Part shown: positions 4,600-4,801 of the stretch, in pieces | How the letters are laid out: each line of letters begins with the position of its first letter | Numbering within the stretch: position 1 is the first letter of the stretch | Origin: a virus | Taxonomy: Duplodnaviria > Heunggongvirae > Uroviricota > Caudoviricetes | Length of the DNA stretch: 4,801 nucleotides | Direction: 5' to 3' (one strand) | Virus record (IMG/VR): IMGVR_UViG_2648501165_000004 | Made by a program: the position numbers and the translations under genes | Notes under the pieces: model-generated | Seen by the model: the letters and a program-made list of their open reading frames with translations, nothing else | The model's database searches: none | Told to the model about the DNA's origin: nothing

Positions 4600-4801
4600 T
4601 TTTATTCGTCCCGTTCAGCATTTCTTCTTTTATCATATCAAAAACAGGGTTTGTTGTATAATTATCGTTTGTCAATCCATTGACTTTATCGGCAATTATA
4701 TCGAAATCGTATGTTTCAAAAAAAACAGGGCAGTTCATAAAATCAATGGTTTTTTCTATTCCTGCATGGTTTACTGCAATAACCTGTGCTTTAGCAACTC
4801 C
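4586..4801 (-). CDS. Hypothetical protein, C-terminal 71 codons only (gene continues beyond window end); upstream partner of the membrane protein
   Basis: The minus-strand frame beginning at 4801 is open for 71 codons (GVAKAQVIAVNHAGIEKTIDFMNCPVFFETYDFDIIADKVNGLTNDNYTTNPVFDMIKEEMLNGTNKNAFI) and ends at TGA 4588-4586. The other two minus frames hit stops within about 10 codons. Its stop overlaps the downstream gene's ATG by 14 nt (ATGCCTTTATATGA). The composition looks like a soluble protein. Confidence 0.45.
   Translation of the reverse strand, partial: GVAKAQVIAVNHAGIEKTIDFMNCPVFFETYDFDIIADKVNGLTNDNYTTNPVFDMIKEEMLNGTNKNAFI

Overview
The window reads as the early-right (nin-like) arm of a lambdoid prophage from an enterobacterial host, followed by an abrupt switch to AT-rich convergent cargo. 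On the + strand, nt 1-4038 form one tightly packed, translationally coupled gene string: the 3' part of a replication-initiator-like gene with iteron-like repeats in its linker-coding region, an unlisted 30-codon ORF, a phage Dam-type N6-adenine methyltransferase, a RusA resolvase, a KilA-N protein, a DUF968-like protein with an HNH-like Cys/His cluster, and a small QuuD-type antiterminator Q. A hairpin plus T-run (4043-4066) follows the Q stop. From about 4040 to the window end the DNA is markedly AT-rich and carries two overlapping genes on the minus strand: a 182-aa protein with four hydrophobic segments and, upstream of it, a partial ORF entering from beyond nt 4801 that is absent from the supplied ORF track. 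This two-gene module in the Q-to-lysis cargo slot is the best candidate for an uncharacterised accessory or defence system; I could not assign it to any known family from sequence alone. All product calls rest on my recall of family motifs, not on a database search.
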